A DNA stretch of 64,000 nucleotides from Trueperaceae bacterium (GTDB taxonomy: Bacteria > Deinococcota > Deinococci > Deinococcales > Trueperaceae). Location of the stretch: contig OZ243927.1 in NCBI GenBank assembly GCA_965213925.1, positions 1,600,001-1,664,000 on the forward strand, in the 5' to 3' direction. The translations under genes and the position numbers were made by a program. The notes beneath the pieces are model-generated. The model had not been told where the DNA came from, did not search any database, and saw only the letters and a program-made list of their open reading frames with translations. Shown here piece after piece: positions 32,033-43,500 of the stretch (its first letter is position 1; every line of letters begins with the position of its first letter).

Positions 32033-35000
32033 CTACAGCGTTTGCTCCAAGTAACCTAAGAGCTTGCTCTCGTCCACAGGCTTGCTCAGGTACTCGTTGG
32101 CACCGAGCGCAAAGGCTAGGTCCATGTGCTTAGCACCCGCGCGCGTCGTCATGACGCAGATGGGCGTCGTTTCGGTCTCGCTACGGCGGCGCACCGCTTC
32201 AATCAACTCGTAGCCGTTCATACGCGGCATCTCCAAGTCGGTCAAAATCGCGTCGAAGGTTTCACCGCGCATGACGATGTCAAAGGCGTCCTGACCGTCC
32301 ACGGCTGTCGTAACGTCGTAACCGGCACGCTCCAACATCTTGCCGACCACGCGCCGCACGCTGACCGAGTCGTCCGCGAGTAGCACGCGCTGGACGCTCT
32401 TGGGCGTGAAGACAGGGGTTTGCGCACGCACTTCGGCGGGCTGGTTGGCTTCTTTCGCCAAGCGGGTGAGTCCGGTGGGCTCGAGCAGCAACACGACTTC
32501 GTTCGTGCTCGAGACCGTCGCCCCCGAGAGGTAGTAGAGCTTGGCTAAGGTGTCGCCCAAAGGCTTGATGACGACCTCGTCAATTTCATCGAAGGCGTCC
32601 ACGATGAGCGCTAAGCGTTCACCGGCAGCCTCGAGGATGACGAGCGACACCGTGTCGGTCTCCGCACTCGGCAAGCCTAAGAGGTCCGCCAAGTTATAGA
32701 TCGGCACCGCCTGACCTTCGAAGGCGACGCTGCCCTCGTTCGCGCGTTCACGCGAGATCGTGCGAAGCTCGCGCACCGTGTTGAGCGAGAAGGCGTACGC
32801 CTGACCGCTTACGCGCACCGTCAAGGCTTCTGACACGAGGAGCGTCAAGGGCAGCTTGAGCGAGAAGCGCGTGCCCTGCCCCGGCTTGGTGAAGACCTGA
32901 ATCTCCCCTTTGAGCCGCTGGATATTGGTCGCGACCGCGTCCATCCCGACGCCTCGACCCGCTTCCGTGGTGACGGACTCAGCAGTCGAAAGACCGGGGA
33001 TGAACATGAGTTGGAGCGCCTCTTGGTCGTTCATGGCGTCCACGTCGTCCTGCTTTCGGAAGCCCTTCTCGACGGCTTTGCGGCGCAAGCTGTCGGCGTT
33101 GACGCCCGCGCCGTCATCTTCAACGTCGATGACGATGCTGTTTCCTTGCAGGTACGCGCGTAAAGAGACTGTTCCTTCGGGCTCCTTACCTTGCTTCTCG
33201 CGCACCTCGCGCGGCTCGACGCCGTGCGCGATGGCGTTCTTGACCAAGTGGAGCATGGGGTCGGTGATCTCTTCCAAAATCGCGTTGTCGATTTCGGCGC
33301 TCTCGCCGCTCGTCTTCATGCGGTAGGCTTTGTCCGCGCTGGACTGCACCAAGCGGCTCAGGCGGCTGAAGAGCTGCCCGACGGGAACCATACGCGCCCG
33401 GCTGACCTCGCTGCGCAGCGCACGCGAAATCTTCTGCAAGTTCTCGGTCTCGTCCTCGAAGCCCTCGACGATGTTGCTGAGCTGACCCTGAATCTCGTCC
33501 AAGTCGTTCGACATCTCGGCGATGGAGCGTGCCAAAATGTTGAGGTCGTTATAGGTGTCGAACTCCAACTCGTCGAACATCTCTTGGACGGGCGCGTTAG
33601 TTTTCGGCGCTTGCGTTGCCTGTTTTTGCCCGCTCTGCTGGCGCAACTTTTCGGCGCTCTGCGCGGCTAGGCGCGGGTTCAAGTACTGCTCCTCGAAGTC
33701 GTTGATGGTGCGCGTCATGCGTCCCTGGCTGAGCGCCAAGAGCTGACGGATTTCGCCTAACTGACCGAGCTGAAGCCCTAAGCGCGAACGCTGCGCAACC
33801 GTTTCACCCGCTAAGTTCATCAGCGTGTCGAGCTTGTCCAAGCCGACGCGAATCGTGCGGACGCTCTTGGGCGCACTGCGAACGGGCGCGACCTCTTGGA
33901 CGGCCTGTTGCACGGCGCTGGGCTGAGCCGCTTCTGCTGTAGGCAGCGCAATCCCTAAGAGCGACGCTAAACGGGTCTGCAACTCGGGTAGGCGCGTCTC
34001 GAGTTCCGTCTCGTCACCCTCAGCCGCGCTAAGCATCATCGCCATAACGCGCGTGCCCTCTAAGAGCGCCTCATGGACCTCTCTGTCAAAGGGCAGTTCG
34101 GTCTCGCGGACCTCCGCCATCAAGTCTTCGACCAAGTGACCCAAGTCGCCCAGAGGCTGGAGGTCGACCGTGTACGACGAGCCCTTGATGGTGTGCGCGG
34201 AGCGGAAGAGCTGCGCCATCTGCTCGTCGCTCAGTTCGCCCGCTTCGGGGTTCACCTCGGCGAGCGTGTCCTGCATGGCGTCTAGGTGCTCCTCGACCTC
34301 GGGTTTGAAGTACTCCCAGATGTCGGCGGCGTTGGCGGCGTAGAAGGCGCGTAAATCTGCCGTAAGTGTTGCAACGGGCATAACCTCTTCGGGTTGTACC
34401 TCTTCGCCCAAATTTTCAGAGGCAACGTCAGCGCTCTCGAGCCCCTCTTCTTCAACCTCTTCTTGCGGCATCTCCTCGCCTAAGAGTTCGGCTAAGCGCC
34501 TGCGAACATCTAAGAGGCTATCTTCTAAGCCGACCTCACGCCCCTCGGCGGTCTGGATCATCTTCTCTAAAGTGTCCGTTCCGTCGGATAAGGCTTGCAC
34601 GGTGGGCTCGTCGAAGGGTTTATCCGCTTCGCGCACGCCCATCATGAGGTCTTCTAACTTGTGCGCGAGGTCGCCGAAGGGGTTCAGCCCGACCATGTAC
34701 GCCGCACCCTTGAGGGTGTGCATGGCGCGGAAGAGTACCGTGATGCTCTCCTCGTCGATCTCTTTGCCGAGCGTGTCGCGCACCAACTCGACGTGCTCTT
34801 CGACCTCTAAGGGGAAGAACTCCCACACGTCGCCATTCTGCACGCGGAAGCGGCGCAGCTCTTGGGTGAGCGTGACTTTCGCCGCCTCTTGCGCAATTTG
34901 CTCCTTCTGCCCTTGCCCCGCTTTGCGGATGAAGAGCGCGGGGTGCGCCTTGACGAGTTCCATGAGCAGCCTGCTGCCGCCCAGCTCGACTAGCTCGAGC

Positions 35001-35353
35001 CCCAAGTCGCCCTCTTCTTCGCCGCCCGAAATGCGCCCGAGTGCGCCTTGCAAACAGACCGTGACCTGTTCCAAAAAGCCTAACAAGCGCTCCGAGTCGG
35101 CTTCGGCGATTTCGTGACCGTTCTCTAAAAGCTGCTCGACCATCTCCGCGAGTTTGGAGACCTGCGGGTAGCCGTACAGCGCAGCCGTTCCCTTGAGGCG
35201 GTGGCTGACCACCGCCAGACTCTTGATCGTGCCCTCTTGCTCGCCCGCTTTAAGCTCCTGGGTGGCGCTTTCAAAGGTCGAAAGCGCGTCCCAGGCGTCG
35301 AGCAAGAAGCTCTCTTGGAGGTCGTTAGGGGTGTTGTTTACGTTATCCATCAT
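32033..35353 (-). CDS. CheA-like hybrid chemosensory kinase (three Hpt, HATPase, CheW, receiver)
   Basis: HRLKG, HTLKG, HTIKG; HLVKNAIAHG; DDGAG; GRGVGMD; TDLEMP receiver. Confidence 0.93.
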   Translation of the reverse strand: MMDNVNNTPNDLQESFLLDAWDALSTFESATQELKAGEQEGTIKSLAVVSHRLKGTAALYGYPQVSKLAEMVEQLLENGHEIAEADSERLLGFLEQVTVCLQGALGRISGGEEEGDLGLELVELGGSRLLMELVKAHPALFIRKAGQGQKEQIAQEAAKVTLTQELRRFRVQNGDVWEFFPLEVEEHVELVRDTLGKEIDEESITVLFRAMHTLKGAAYMVGLNPFGDLAHKLEDLMMGVREADKPFDEPTVQALSDGTDTLEKMIQTAEGREVGLEDSLLDVRRRLAELLGEEMPQEEVEEEGLESADVASENLGEEVQPEEVMPVATLTADLRAFYAANAADIWEYFKPEVEEHLDAMQDTLAEVNPEAGELSDEQMAQLFRSAHTIKGSSYTVDLQPLGDLGHLVEDLMAEVRETELPFDREVHEALLEGTRVMAMMLSAAEGDETELETRLPELQTRLASLLGIALPTAEAAQPSAVQQAVQEVAPVRSAPKSVRTIRVGLDKLDTLMNLAGETVAQRSRLGLQLGQLGEIRQLLALSQGRMTRTINDFEEQYLNPRLAAQSAEKLRQQSGQKQATQAPKTNAPVQEMFDELEFDTYNDLNILARSIAEMSNDLDEIQGQLSNIVEGFEDETENLQKISRALRSEVSRARMVPVGQLFSRLSRLVQSSADKAYRMKTSGESAEIDNAILEEITDPMLHLVKNAIAHGVEPREVREKQGKEPEGTVSLRAYLQGNSIVIDVEDDGAGVNADSLRRKAVEKGFRKQDDVDAMNDQEALQLMFIPGLSTAESVTTEAGRGVGMDAVATNIQRLKGEIQVFTKPGQGTRFSLKLPLTLLVSEALTVRVSGQAYAFSLNTVRELRTISRERANEGSVAFEGQAVPIYNLADLLGLPSAETDTVSLVILEAAGERLALIVDAFDEIDEVVIKPLGDTLAKLYYLSGATVSSTNEVVLLLEPTGLTRLAKEANQPAEVRAQTPVFTPKSVQRVLLADDSVSVRRVVGKMLERAGYDVTTAVDGQDAFDIVMRGETFDAILTDLEMPRMNGYELIEAVRRRSETETTPICVMTTRAGAKHMDLAFALGANEYLSKPVDESKLLGYLEQTL

Positions 35354-37689
35354 GCATTCAGGCGGAAGCGCGAGAGACTCTCAGAAAGTTGGGCGGCGAG
35401 CTGCTGCAATTTCTCGGCGGCGTCACGCCCTTGCGTCACGCTACCTTGTGAGGCTTGCGAAATCTCGGTCATGGTCTGAACGATCTCGTTCACGCCCTCC
35501 ACGCCCTGCACCTGCTCCTGCGTTGCTCGTGAGATGAAGCGGGCGAGTTCGGCGGACTTCGTGGAGATGTCTGCAATCTCGCGGAGGCGCTGTCCGGCTT
35601 CGGTGGCGACCTTGTAACCCGTCTCCACCTCTTTCGACCCGCTCTCGGTCAGTTCGGCGACCTCGTTAATCTCGCTCTGAAGCTCACGGATAATTGAGGC
35701 GACCTGACGCGCCGCGTTCGCGGAGTCTTCCGCCAGTTCTTGCACCTCGGTTGCCACAGTTGCGAAGCGTTTGCCCGCTTCACCCGCACCTGCCGCCTCC
35801 AGTGACGCGGAGAGCGCCAAGAGGTTCGTCTGCGAGGCGATGCGCGAGATCGAGCGGACGATACCGGAAATCTCGTCCGAACGCTGCGTCAAGCTCTTCG
35901 TACGTTCGGTAATCGACTGCACCTCGTTACGGATGCCCTCCATACCTTTAAGCGTGTTCTGCACGGCGGTTTCACCCTGGCGCGAGGCTTCCAGCGCCTG
36001 CGTCGAAGCGTTCGCCGACTCGTCCGCCTGCTGCGCCATCTTACGAATCGAGTCCGTGACCTGCTCGGTCTCGGCGCGTGCCCGCTCCGCTTCGGCGGCT
36101 TGCCGCTGGGCGCTCTGCGCGATTGATTCGGTGGTGGCAATCATCTCGGACGCGCCCTCATTCACCGACAGCGCGGCGTCTCTCGTCTGACCTAAGAGGT
36201 ACGCGACCTCTTCGACCATGACGTTAATCGCGTCAACGATGTTGCCGAGAACGTCCTCGGAGACGTTGCCGCGCTTCGTGAAGTCGCCCTCGGCGATGTC
36301 CATCGCGACGTCAAGGAACGCGCCAACGTTGGCTTGGAGTTGGGCGCTCTGCTGGCGCTCGAGTTCGTTTCTCTCCTCAATCTGACGCAGCTCGGTAATC
36401 GCTAGGTTAAACGAGCCCGCCAGTGTACCGAGTTCGTCTTTCGTGCCGACTTTGGCAAAGCGCGAAAAGTCTCCCTTACCGACGCGCTCCGCCACCGTCG
36501 CGAGTTCGTCCACCGGGCGCGTGATCTGCCGCGCGATGTAAACGACGAGCAGTGCAATGAGCGCGAGACCCAGAGCCAGAGCGCCGAGCGTGAGAAAGAG
36601 GCTGCGACGCGCTTCGGCGACTCGAGCGTCTAAACGTTTCACCAGCACGTCGAGCGAAGCGTTGTAGGACGTAATAAAAGCGTCGATAATCTCGGTCATC
36701 TGGTCGAAGTAGAGCGTCGAGCCGTAGGTGAGCGCGTCCGGGTTTTCGGCGTTTAGAAGTGCTTCGTTGGTGAGCGAAAGCGCGGTTGGACCAAGCGGCA
36801 GCGCATCGCTTAGCGCCAGCGAACCGCTCAGTTCTGGGTCAGCGTCGAAGATGTAGCTCGAGGCTAAGTTCACGCTTCTGAGGTAATCGTTGACCTCACC
36901 GACCATCGCGGTAAGCACGGTGGCGTTTTGCTGCGTCATCTGACCGCTCGCCAAGACCCCCGCACCGTAACCGCGCATCCGTCCCAATGTCTCAGTGAGG
37001 TTGGGCAGGTCGCGGGTCACGAGTTCGGAGAGGTAAACGATCTCTTGTCTATTGTCAAACTTGAGTGTGGAGGTGTTGCCCGCTGCGGCGAGCGTCAAGA
37101 AGAGTTCGTTTTGCAGCCAAGCGGTGTGCATGTTGAAGACTTCGCCCGAAGGGAGCGTAAAGAGGTTTTCCTCGATGTTGCGCCAGCCCGCTTCTAGGTC
37201 GGCGAGTTGGCTCGAGAGTTGCAGGTTGTCGTCCACCTGCGTTTCGAACGCCAAAACTTCCGCGAGGTTGGCGTTGACTTGCGCTTGCAAGTTGTCGCGG
37301 CGCTCCGCAACCGATTCGTTACCGTTGCGAAAGGCGTTGGTAATCCCCCGGTGCTGCGGTACGAGTTGCACCAGGTCGCCCGCTTCGCGCAAGAAGAGCG
37401 CTCCCTGGTCTTTTTGCAGCGCCGTGCTCACGTTTTGCTGGAGTGACGCGGCGTAGAAAAACACGAAGATGACAAGGGGTAAGGTGAGCGACGCCGCGAT
37501 AAGCGCCAGCTTCTGCCAGATTTTGAGGTTGGCGAGCAGACTGCCTGATGTGCTGCTACCAGTATTCTTAGCTGCCTTCTTAGGCGCAGCCCGCTTCTTC
37601 TTAACCTTGCGCGTCTTCCGCGCCTTCGTCCCCTCACTCACCCCCTGTTGGGTGGGCTCGAGTCTTTCAATTTCAGGTGTATTGTCCAT
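35350..37689 (-). CDS. Methyl-accepting chemotaxis protein with HAMP
   Basis: Two TM segments, HAMP (DELGTLA), hairpin tip IASQTNLLALSASLEAAGAGEAG. Confidence 0.93.
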   Translation of the reverse strand: MDNTPEIERLEPTQQGVSEGTKARKTRKVKKKRAAPKKAAKNTGSSTSGSLLANLKIWQKLALIAASLTLPLVIFVFFYAASLQQNVSTALQKDQGALFLREAGDLVQLVPQHRGITNAFRNGNESVAERRDNLQAQVNANLAEVLAFETQVDDNLQLSSQLADLEAGWRNIEENLFTLPSGEVFNMHTAWLQNELFLTLAAAGNTSTLKFDNRQEIVYLSELVTRDLPNLTETLGRMRGYGAGVLASGQMTQQNATVLTAMVGEVNDYLRSVNLASSYIFDADPELSGSLALSDALPLGPTALSLTNEALLNAENPDALTYGSTLYFDQMTEIIDAFITSYNASLDVLVKRLDARVAEARRSLFLTLGALALGLALIALLVVYIARQITRPVDELATVAERVGKGDFSRFAKVGTKDELGTLAGSFNLAITELRQIEERNELERQQSAQLQANVGAFLDVAMDIAEGDFTKRGNVSEDVLGNIVDAINVMVEEVAYLLGQTRDAALSVNEGASEMIATTESIAQSAQRQAAEAERARAETEQVTDSIRKMAQQADESANASTQALEASRQGETAVQNTLKGMEGIRNEVQSITERTKSLTQRSDEISGIVRSISRIASQTNLLALSASLEAAGAGEAGKRFATVATEVQELAEDSANAARQVASIIRELQSEINEVAELTESGSKEVETGYKVATEAGQRLREIADISTKSAELARFISRATQEQVQGVEGVNEIVQTMTEISQASQGSVTQGRDAAEKLQQLAAQLSESLSRFRLNA

Positions 37690-37766
37690 GTAAAATGTTT
37701 TCTCCTAGATGTTCAGCCGCGCCCCCCAAAGAAGCGCGGCTGAGAGAAGAGGTTGGTTGATTGCTG

Positions 37767-37998
37767 TGTCACCCTGAGCCGAAGGCGTGAGGGTCTCGTC
37801 CCGCAATCTCAGCAAGAGGAGTCGGCAAGGTCAGAGATTCTTACGCTCCACTTCGTTCCGCTCAGAATGACAAATTGTTATGTCACCCTGTTCACGAAGT
37901 AGAGCGAAGCTTCGGCGAAGGCGTGAGGGTCTCGCCTTTCACTCTCCGCTAGAGGAGTCAGCAAGGGCAGAGATTCTTTCACTGCGTTCAGAATGACA
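37767..37998 (-). repeat. Two tandem cores of repeat family 1 without outer termini
   Basis: TGTCACCCTG...CAGAATGACA at 37767-37872 and 37881-37998. Confidence 0.8.
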
Positions 37999-38007
37999 AG
38001 GGGGGCG

Positions 38008-40401
38008 TTAGTTCAAGCGGAAGCGCTCCAAGTTCGAGGTGAGGTTAGACGCCAACTGCTGGAGTCTCTCCGCCGTCTGGCGACCCTCTTGTCCCGTCTC
38101 ACGTGCGCGGACCGAAATCTGCGCCATCGACTGGACCTTAGAACCTACTTGTTCCACGCCTGATACCTGCTGATCCGTAGCGGCTGAAATCTGCTGGGCG
38201 AGTTGCGCGGACTGGGTGACGATCTCCGCAATTTCACGGAGACGTTCCCCCGCTTGCGTGGCGACGCGGTAGCCGGTTTCCACCTCGCGCGTTCCGTCCT
38301 CAACCGAGCCGATAACTTCTTGAACCTCTGCCTGAACGTTCTTAATCAAACCGGCGATACGCTGGGTGGCGCGCTCACTATCCTCCGCCAGCTTGCGCAC
38401 CTCACCTGCAACGATGGCGAAACGGCTGCCGGCTTCCCCTGCACCCGACGCCTCGATCGCGGCGTTAAGCGCCAAGAGGTTCGTCTGCGCGGAGATGTTG
38501 GAAATGGTATCGACAATCTCGGAAATTTCCAAGGAGCGGTCCCCTAAGCTCTTGATACGCTTCGAGATCGACTGCACCTCGCGGCGGATGCCTTGCATAC
38601 CTTCCAGGGTGTCCGTCACCGCGGCTTCACCTTGGCGGGACGCCTCGAGCGCACGCTGAGACGCCGTAGCGGACTGCGACGCACTCTGTGACATCTGGCG
38701 AATCGAGGTCGTGACCTCTTGAACGTTGTGCTCTGCGAGCTGCGCTTGGCTCGCCGCTTCATCTGACGAGGCGCTAATAGCGTCGGTAATGTTAAGCATC
38801 TCTTGCGAACCCTGGTTGACCGAGAGGGTGGCTTCTTGAACGTCACGGAGGAGGTACGCGACCTCTTCAACCATCAGGTTAATCGCGTCAACAACGTTCC
38901 CGAGAACGTCTTCTGAAACTGCGCCGCGCTTGGTCAAGTCGCCGTCGGCGATGTCCATCGCGACGTCGAGGAACGAACCGATGTTCGCCTGGAGCATTTC
39001 ACGCTGGCGGCGCTCTTCGTCGCGGTCTTCCTCGGTCTGCACCATGCCGCGCAGACGGACCGTCGTCTGGTTGAGCGAGTTCGCTAAGAGCCCCAGCTCA
39101 TCGTTGGATTTAATGTCGAGAAGTTGCGATAAGTCACCGCGTCCGATGCGGCGAGCGGCGAAGGTGAGCTTGTAGAGCGGCGCGGTGATGCTGCGTGCGA
39201 AGAGCACCGCTAAGATACTGGCGACCACTGCGGCGATACCACCGATGATGATCGCTTGAATCGTGATCTGATAAACGGCGGCGAGCGCTTCGCCGACTTC
39301 CTGGCGGATGACGACGACGAAGCCTAAGTCTGCGACGGCACTTAAAACCTGCTCCTCGAGCGTTCCCGCACCTTCGGCCACGTCCTCGTCCGCTGTAACA
39401 GCCTTGTAGCTATAAAGGACCTCTTGACCGTTGCCACCGATAAATCGATCTGAGCCCTGCGCGGCTTGGGCGAACGCTGCCGTAAACGCAGCAACGTCAA
39501 GTTCGCTGTTTTCCACGTCGCGGGGGTCGTAAATGATGCTGCCGTCCGCCTGCGCGAGCACGGCGTAGCCGGTCTCTTCGAAAGCAGGTTTTGCGACTTT
39601 AGTAAAGAGCGCGGAAGCGTCGAGCGTCGAGCGAAGAACGCCGATGATCTCTTGTGAGGATTCTGCGTACATAGGCACGGCGATGTCGAGCGCCACCGAA
39701 CCCGCACTGGCGTCAAGCTCGGGCGGCGAGATATAGACTGCGCCCGCGCCACCATTCCAAGCGGCTTGCCACCAGCCCTCGTCAGCCTGGTCGTAGTCAC
39801 CGAGCGTACCCGAAGAGGCGACGGTTGCACCGTAGCGGTCTGTAATGAAGACCTCTAAGTGCTCGCTAAAGCCGCTCATGAACTTATCAAATACGGTGAC
39901 AGCGGGCGTCACTGCGGCGTCGGTGAGAACCTGAAACTCGGCGGCGGTTGCGCCGGTTTGCGCGTAGAGTGCGTCTAGTGCGTCGATGCTGAGTGCGATT
40001 TCTTCTTCGCTACCCGTGTAGCTGGCGTTACGCGCTTCGATAGCTTGGCTCAGAATCTCTGAAAAGGAGAGCACCTGAACGCGGCTCGCCTCTTCAGTGA
40101 AAAAGAGGGACAAAATATCGGCGAGTTCTTCCGCAGAGGCAGTCTGCTCTCGCGTAATCTCTTCAGTCAGCGCGGTGCGCGTGTTTGTCGTAACAGTGAC
40201 GATGGTCGCGAGGAGCGCCACACCTAGAAGGCTGATGATAATCGCGGGCAGCTTGACCGAGAGCGACAAGACGCTCATCTGGTTTTCGCGCGCGCTCGCG
40301 CGCTTCTTGCCGCCTTTTTTCACCTTCCTGACCTTTTTAGTCTTAGGCGATGCCCCTGCGTTTTGCGGGGGGATGACTTGGGGTTCGGATTGATCCATCA
40401 A
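38008..40401 (-). CDS. Methyl-accepting chemotaxis protein with Cache sensor domain and HAMP
   Basis: [47 protein letters not shown]. Confidence 0.93.
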   Translation of the reverse strand: MMDQSEPQVIPPQNAGASPKTKKVRKVKKGGKKRASARENQMSVLSLSVKLPAIIISLLGVALLATIVTVTTNTRTALTEEITREQTASAEELADILSLFFTEEASRVQVLSFSEILSQAIEARNASYTGSEEEIALSIDALDALYAQTGATAAEFQVLTDAAVTPAVTVFDKFMSGFSEHLEVFITDRYGATVASSGTLGDYDQADEGWWQAAWNGGAGAVYISPPELDASAGSVALDIAVPMYAESSQEIIGVLRSTLDASALFTKVAKPAFEETGYAVLAQADGSIIYDPRDVENSELDVAAFTAAFAQAAQGSDRFIGGNGQEVLYSYKAVTADEDVAEGAGTLEEQVLSAVADLGFVVVIRQEVGEALAAVYQITIQAIIIGGIAAVVASILAVLFARSITAPLYKLTFAARRIGRGDLSQLLDIKSNDELGLLANSLNQTTVRLRGMVQTEEDRDEERRQREMLQANIGSFLDVAMDIADGDLTKRGAVSEDVLGNVVDAINLMVEEVAYLLRDVQEATLSVNQGSQEMLNITDAISASSDEAASQAQLAEHNVQEVTTSIRQMSQSASQSATASQRALEASRQGEAAVTDTLEGMQGIRREVQSISKRIKSLGDRSLEISEIVDTISNISAQTNLLALNAAIEASGAGEAGSRFAIVAGEVRKLAEDSERATQRIAGLIKNVQAEVQEVIGSVEDGTREVETGYRVATQAGERLREIAEIVTQSAQLAQQISAATDQQVSGVEQVGSKVQSMAQISVRARETGQEGRQTAERLQQLASNLTSNLERFRLN

Positions 40402-40408
40402 GGGCTCC

Positions 40409-40876
40409 TCATATGACCTCGAGCTGCTGCTCGAGGGCCTTAAATAGGGTGGGAATATTGAGAACGGTGACGCTTTCGCCCGACTGCTTGACCTCGCCTA
40501 AGCCATAGTGCTGCATTTCGGCGGAGGCGCTTTTAAGGGGCATTAGAGCAGAGCGGTCGAGCGCCGAAAAGCCTACGACCTCATCGATTTTGAGCGCTAC
40601 GAAGCGGTCTTCATAGGTGATGAGCGCGGCGAGGTCGGCTTTATTCGAGCCGCCTTCAAGCGCTAAGAGGGGCGCGAGGTCGATGAGCGGCAAGACGCTG
40701 CCGCGCACCGCGAAAACTCCTAAGAGGCTCTCAGCGGAGCGCGGGACGGGCGTGAGGTTGGGAACCGTCACGACCTGCTGCATGTAGCCGCCTTCAATGG
40801 CGAAAAGCTGACCGCCTAGGCGGAAAAAGCAAGCGGCATTGACCGTGGGTGCGGCTTGAGGTGCTGCTGACGGCAT
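40409..40876 (-). CDS. cheW: CheW/PilI-like coupling protein
   Basis: [25 protein letters not shown]. Confidence 0.9.
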   Translation of the reverse strand: MPSAAPQAAPTVNAACFFRLGGQLFAIEGGYMQQVVTVPNLTPVPRSAESLLGVFAVRGSVLPLIDLAPLLALEGGSNKADLAALITYEDRFVALKIDEVVGFSALDRSALMPLKSASAEMQHYGLGEVKQSGESVTVLNIPTLFKALEQQLEVI

Positions 40877-41236
40877 TTAGACGTGGTTCTGGACAGCCGA
40901 AAGGATGGAGTCGGGTGTGAAGGGCTTGGTCACGTAGTCAGCGGCACCTTGGCGCTTACCCCAGCGGATGTCGGTGTCTTCGCTCTTGGAGGAAACCAAA
41001 ATCACGGGGATGTCTTTGGTGGCGGCGTTGCGGCGCAGACCGCGCAAGACTTCGTAGCCGTTACGCGCGGGCATGACGATATCTAACATGATGAGGTCGG
41101 GCTTGTCCGCCGCGACTTTGTCCTCGACGGCGGTCGCGTCGGTATAGCTGCTCACGGAGTGGTTCGCGCCTTTTAAGATGCCCGCGAGCATATCGATGGT
41201 CGCCTGTGAATCGTCGATCAGAGTGATCTTTGCCAT
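40877..41236 (-). CDS. Single-domain response regulator, PilH/CheY-like
   Basis: IDDS, LDIVMP, DIRWGKRQGAADYVTKPF. Confidence 0.9.
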   Translation of the reverse strand: MAKITLIDDSQATIDMLAGILKGANHSVSSYTDATAVEDKVAADKPDLIMLDIVMPARNGYEVLRGLRRNAATKDIPVILVSSKSEDTDIRWGKRQGAADYVTKPFTPDSILSAVQNHV

Positions 41237-41772
41237 GTGTGTTTCCTCCTCAGGAAAGTGGACGTGTGTCCAAAAAATAGAGATGAAGTGTAAAGAGTAA
41301 AGTCCGACAAAATTCTTACGAAACGCGTCTATGGGTGTTTGAATCCTTCAACCTCAGTCGTCACACTCCTCGTGTAGTCGCCGCTTGCGTAGATGGTATG
41401 GAATAAATGCGTGTCGAACAGGTACGAGGCGGCTTTACGCCCTCAATTATGAGTCGTGAGGGTGCGGCTAGGCTGGTAAGTTTTCAACGTGAACAAGGGG
41501 GGATTTTTCACTCTTGAACGCGCCGCACAGCGCACCGCTGAGCGCGTTTCTGAGAAATTTGAGAACGTGAGTCGCGAGAGCTGCGCCCACAACGTACTCC
41601 GTCAGCAAACCGGGATAGGGCAAGGTTCAGCCCGCGCTTTTGCTCGTCCGCCGGATGTGAAAAATCAACTGTGTAGGGCTCACAGCAGGAAGTGGCTTGC
41701 GGCGCAGCAAAAAGTAAGAGGCGATTAGAGATCGCCTCTGTATCGTCAAACTGGTTTTAAGGTGTAGTCTTA

Positions 41773-41934
41773 GTGCAGCGTTAAGTAAAAAGTGAGTTGT
41801 GTCATTCTGAGCGGAGCGAAGCGGAGTCGAAGAATCTCTGACCTTGCTGACTCCTCTGACAAAGAATGCAAGGCGAGACCCCTCGACTGGGCTCGGGGTG
41901 ACAACAGTGTCGCATTCCTTGCTTAACGGTGTAG
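41773..41934 (+). repeat. MITE-like element, family 1 copy
   Basis: Termini GTGCAGCGTTAAG / CTTAACGGTGTAG; core closely matches the 17.0 kb and 19.4 kb copies. Confidence 0.8.
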
Positions 41935-42005
41935 CTAGTGTAGTTAAAGAGGTTCATGAACAAGTCAAGAGGTTGCAACGCTCTGTCATGAGTCCTCCGA
42001 ATTTG

Positions 42006-42320
42006 TCAGTCCTTCGCGCTCGCTTTAGCGGTCTCTTTGGGCTCGCTCTTTTTATCGCTCTTACTCGTCTCTTTACCCTCGGTTTTACTCTCGGACTTAC
42101 CCACGTCGTCCTTCTTCTCGCTGGTCGTCTCTTTGGGGGAGCTGGTTCTCGAGTCGGTCACGTAAAAACCCGAGCCCTTAAAGGCGATGCCCACAGGCTG
42201 AATGAGGCGCTTGACGGGCTCGCCCGTTTCGGGGTGCTCGGTCAAGGCGCTCTCAGTAATGCGCTGCTGAAGCTCAAAGGTCTCGCCGGTGATGAGATTT
42301 TTATAAACGTAGACAGGCAT
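42006..42320 (-). CDS. FmdB-family zinc-ribbon-like protein lacking cysteines
   Basis: MPVYVY...IAFKGSGFYVTDSR and a low-complexity tail. Confidence 0.85.
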   Translation of the reverse strand: MPVYVYKNLITGETFELQQRITESALTEHPETGEPVKRLIQPVGIAFKGSGFYVTDSRTSSPKETTSEKKDDVGKSESKTEGKETSKSDKKSEPKETAKASAKD

Positions 42321-42491
42321 GGGCTGGTCCTCCGCAAAACGCAGTACCCCATAGGGGACATAAGTCATCTCGTTGCAGATGCTCTCGGTCGGTCAAGGGG
42401 TGTTCCGTGCGCATAGGGTGAATGATGTTCGGGTCGTATCGCTGCAGCGATAACAAGCGATTCACTATATCATCCCTGTTAAGCTAGGGCG

Positions 42492-43487
42492 ATGTCGGAC
42501 GCTGCACAACCCTCTAAACTCGCCATCGTCGGCGCAGGCGCGTGGGGCACGACGCTCGCGGTGCTGCTCGCTCAGGTCAACCCGGAGCAAAGGGTCATCC
42601 TCTGGGCGCGGCGCTCCGAATTTGCCGAGCAACTCCGCGAAGCGCGCGAAAACCACGTATATTTGCCGGGCTTGCCGCTACCTGCGAACGTATACGTCAC
42701 CTCAGCTTTAGAAGAGGTCGCGGGCGCGCAAACGTTCGTCGTCGTACCGAGCAAGGGGCTCCGGGCGGTGATGGAAAGCTTGCCCTCTGTTCCCGCGCTC
42801 ATCTGTTGTGCGAAGGGGCTGGAACTCGGCTCGTTCAAACGTTTTTCTGAGGTACTGGGCGAGTATCAGCCGGGCGCAACGCTCGCCGCGCTCTCGGGTC
42901 CCAACTTGGCGAAAGAGATTGCGGCAGGGTTGCCCGCCTCGGCGACGGTAGCGTCAAAAGATGCGGGCTTAGCGCAAGAGGTCCAACAAAGACTCTCCGG
43001 TCCGACCTTCCGCGTCTACACGAGCCGCGACCTCATCGGCGTCGAGGTCAGCGGGGCGCTCAAAAACGTGATCGCGTTAGCCGCGGGGATGTGCGATGGG
43101 CTCGGGCTAGGCGACAACGCCAAAGCGACCATCATTACGAGAGGTCTCGCCGAAATCGTGCGCTTAGGCACGCATTTGGGCGGCGATATGCCGACCTTTT
43201 ACGGGTTGGCGGGTTTAGGGGACGTCGTGGCAACTTGCTCGAGCCCCGGCTCCCGCAACCACACCGCCGGGGAGCGGGTCGCTAAGGGTGACACCCTGGC
43301 GGACTTAGAGCGCGACAAGCTCAACGCGGAGGGGATTCCCACGGTGCGGGCGGTGGTCGCTTACGCTCAGAAAGAGGGGCTCGAGCTGCCGATCTCAAAA
43401 GAGGTCTACCGCGTCGTGTTCGAGGAGAAGTCGCCCCGGCAAGCCCTCCATGACCTCATGACGCGGGGGACGAAGGCGGAGTGGTGA
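42492..43487 (+). CDS. gpsA: NAD(P)H-dependent glycerol-3-phosphate dehydrogenase
   Basis: GAGAWGT, SGPNLAKE, GALKNVIA, GLGDVVATC, SRN. Confidence 0.96.
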   Translation: MSDAAQPSKLAIVGAGAWGTTLAVLLAQVNPEQRVILWARRSEFAEQLREARENHVYLPGLPLPANVYVTSALEEVAGAQTFVVVPSKGLRAVMESLPSVPALICCAKGLELGSFKRFSEVLGEYQPGATLAALSGPNLAKEIAAGLPASATVASKDAGLAQEVQQRLSGPTFRVYTSRDLIGVEVSGALKNVIALAAGMCDGLGLGDNAKATIITRGLAEIVRLGTHLGGDMPTFYGLAGLGDVVATCSSPGSRNHTAGERVAKGDTLADLERDKLNAEGIPTVRAVVAYAQKEGLELPISKEVYRVVFEEKSPRQALHDLMTRGTKAEW

Positions 43488-43500
43488 GCGGTTGCGGGTA

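Noticed and set aside
41844..42416. 190-aa plus-strand ORF
   Set aside because: Antisense shadow of the FmdB-like gene that starts inside a repeat
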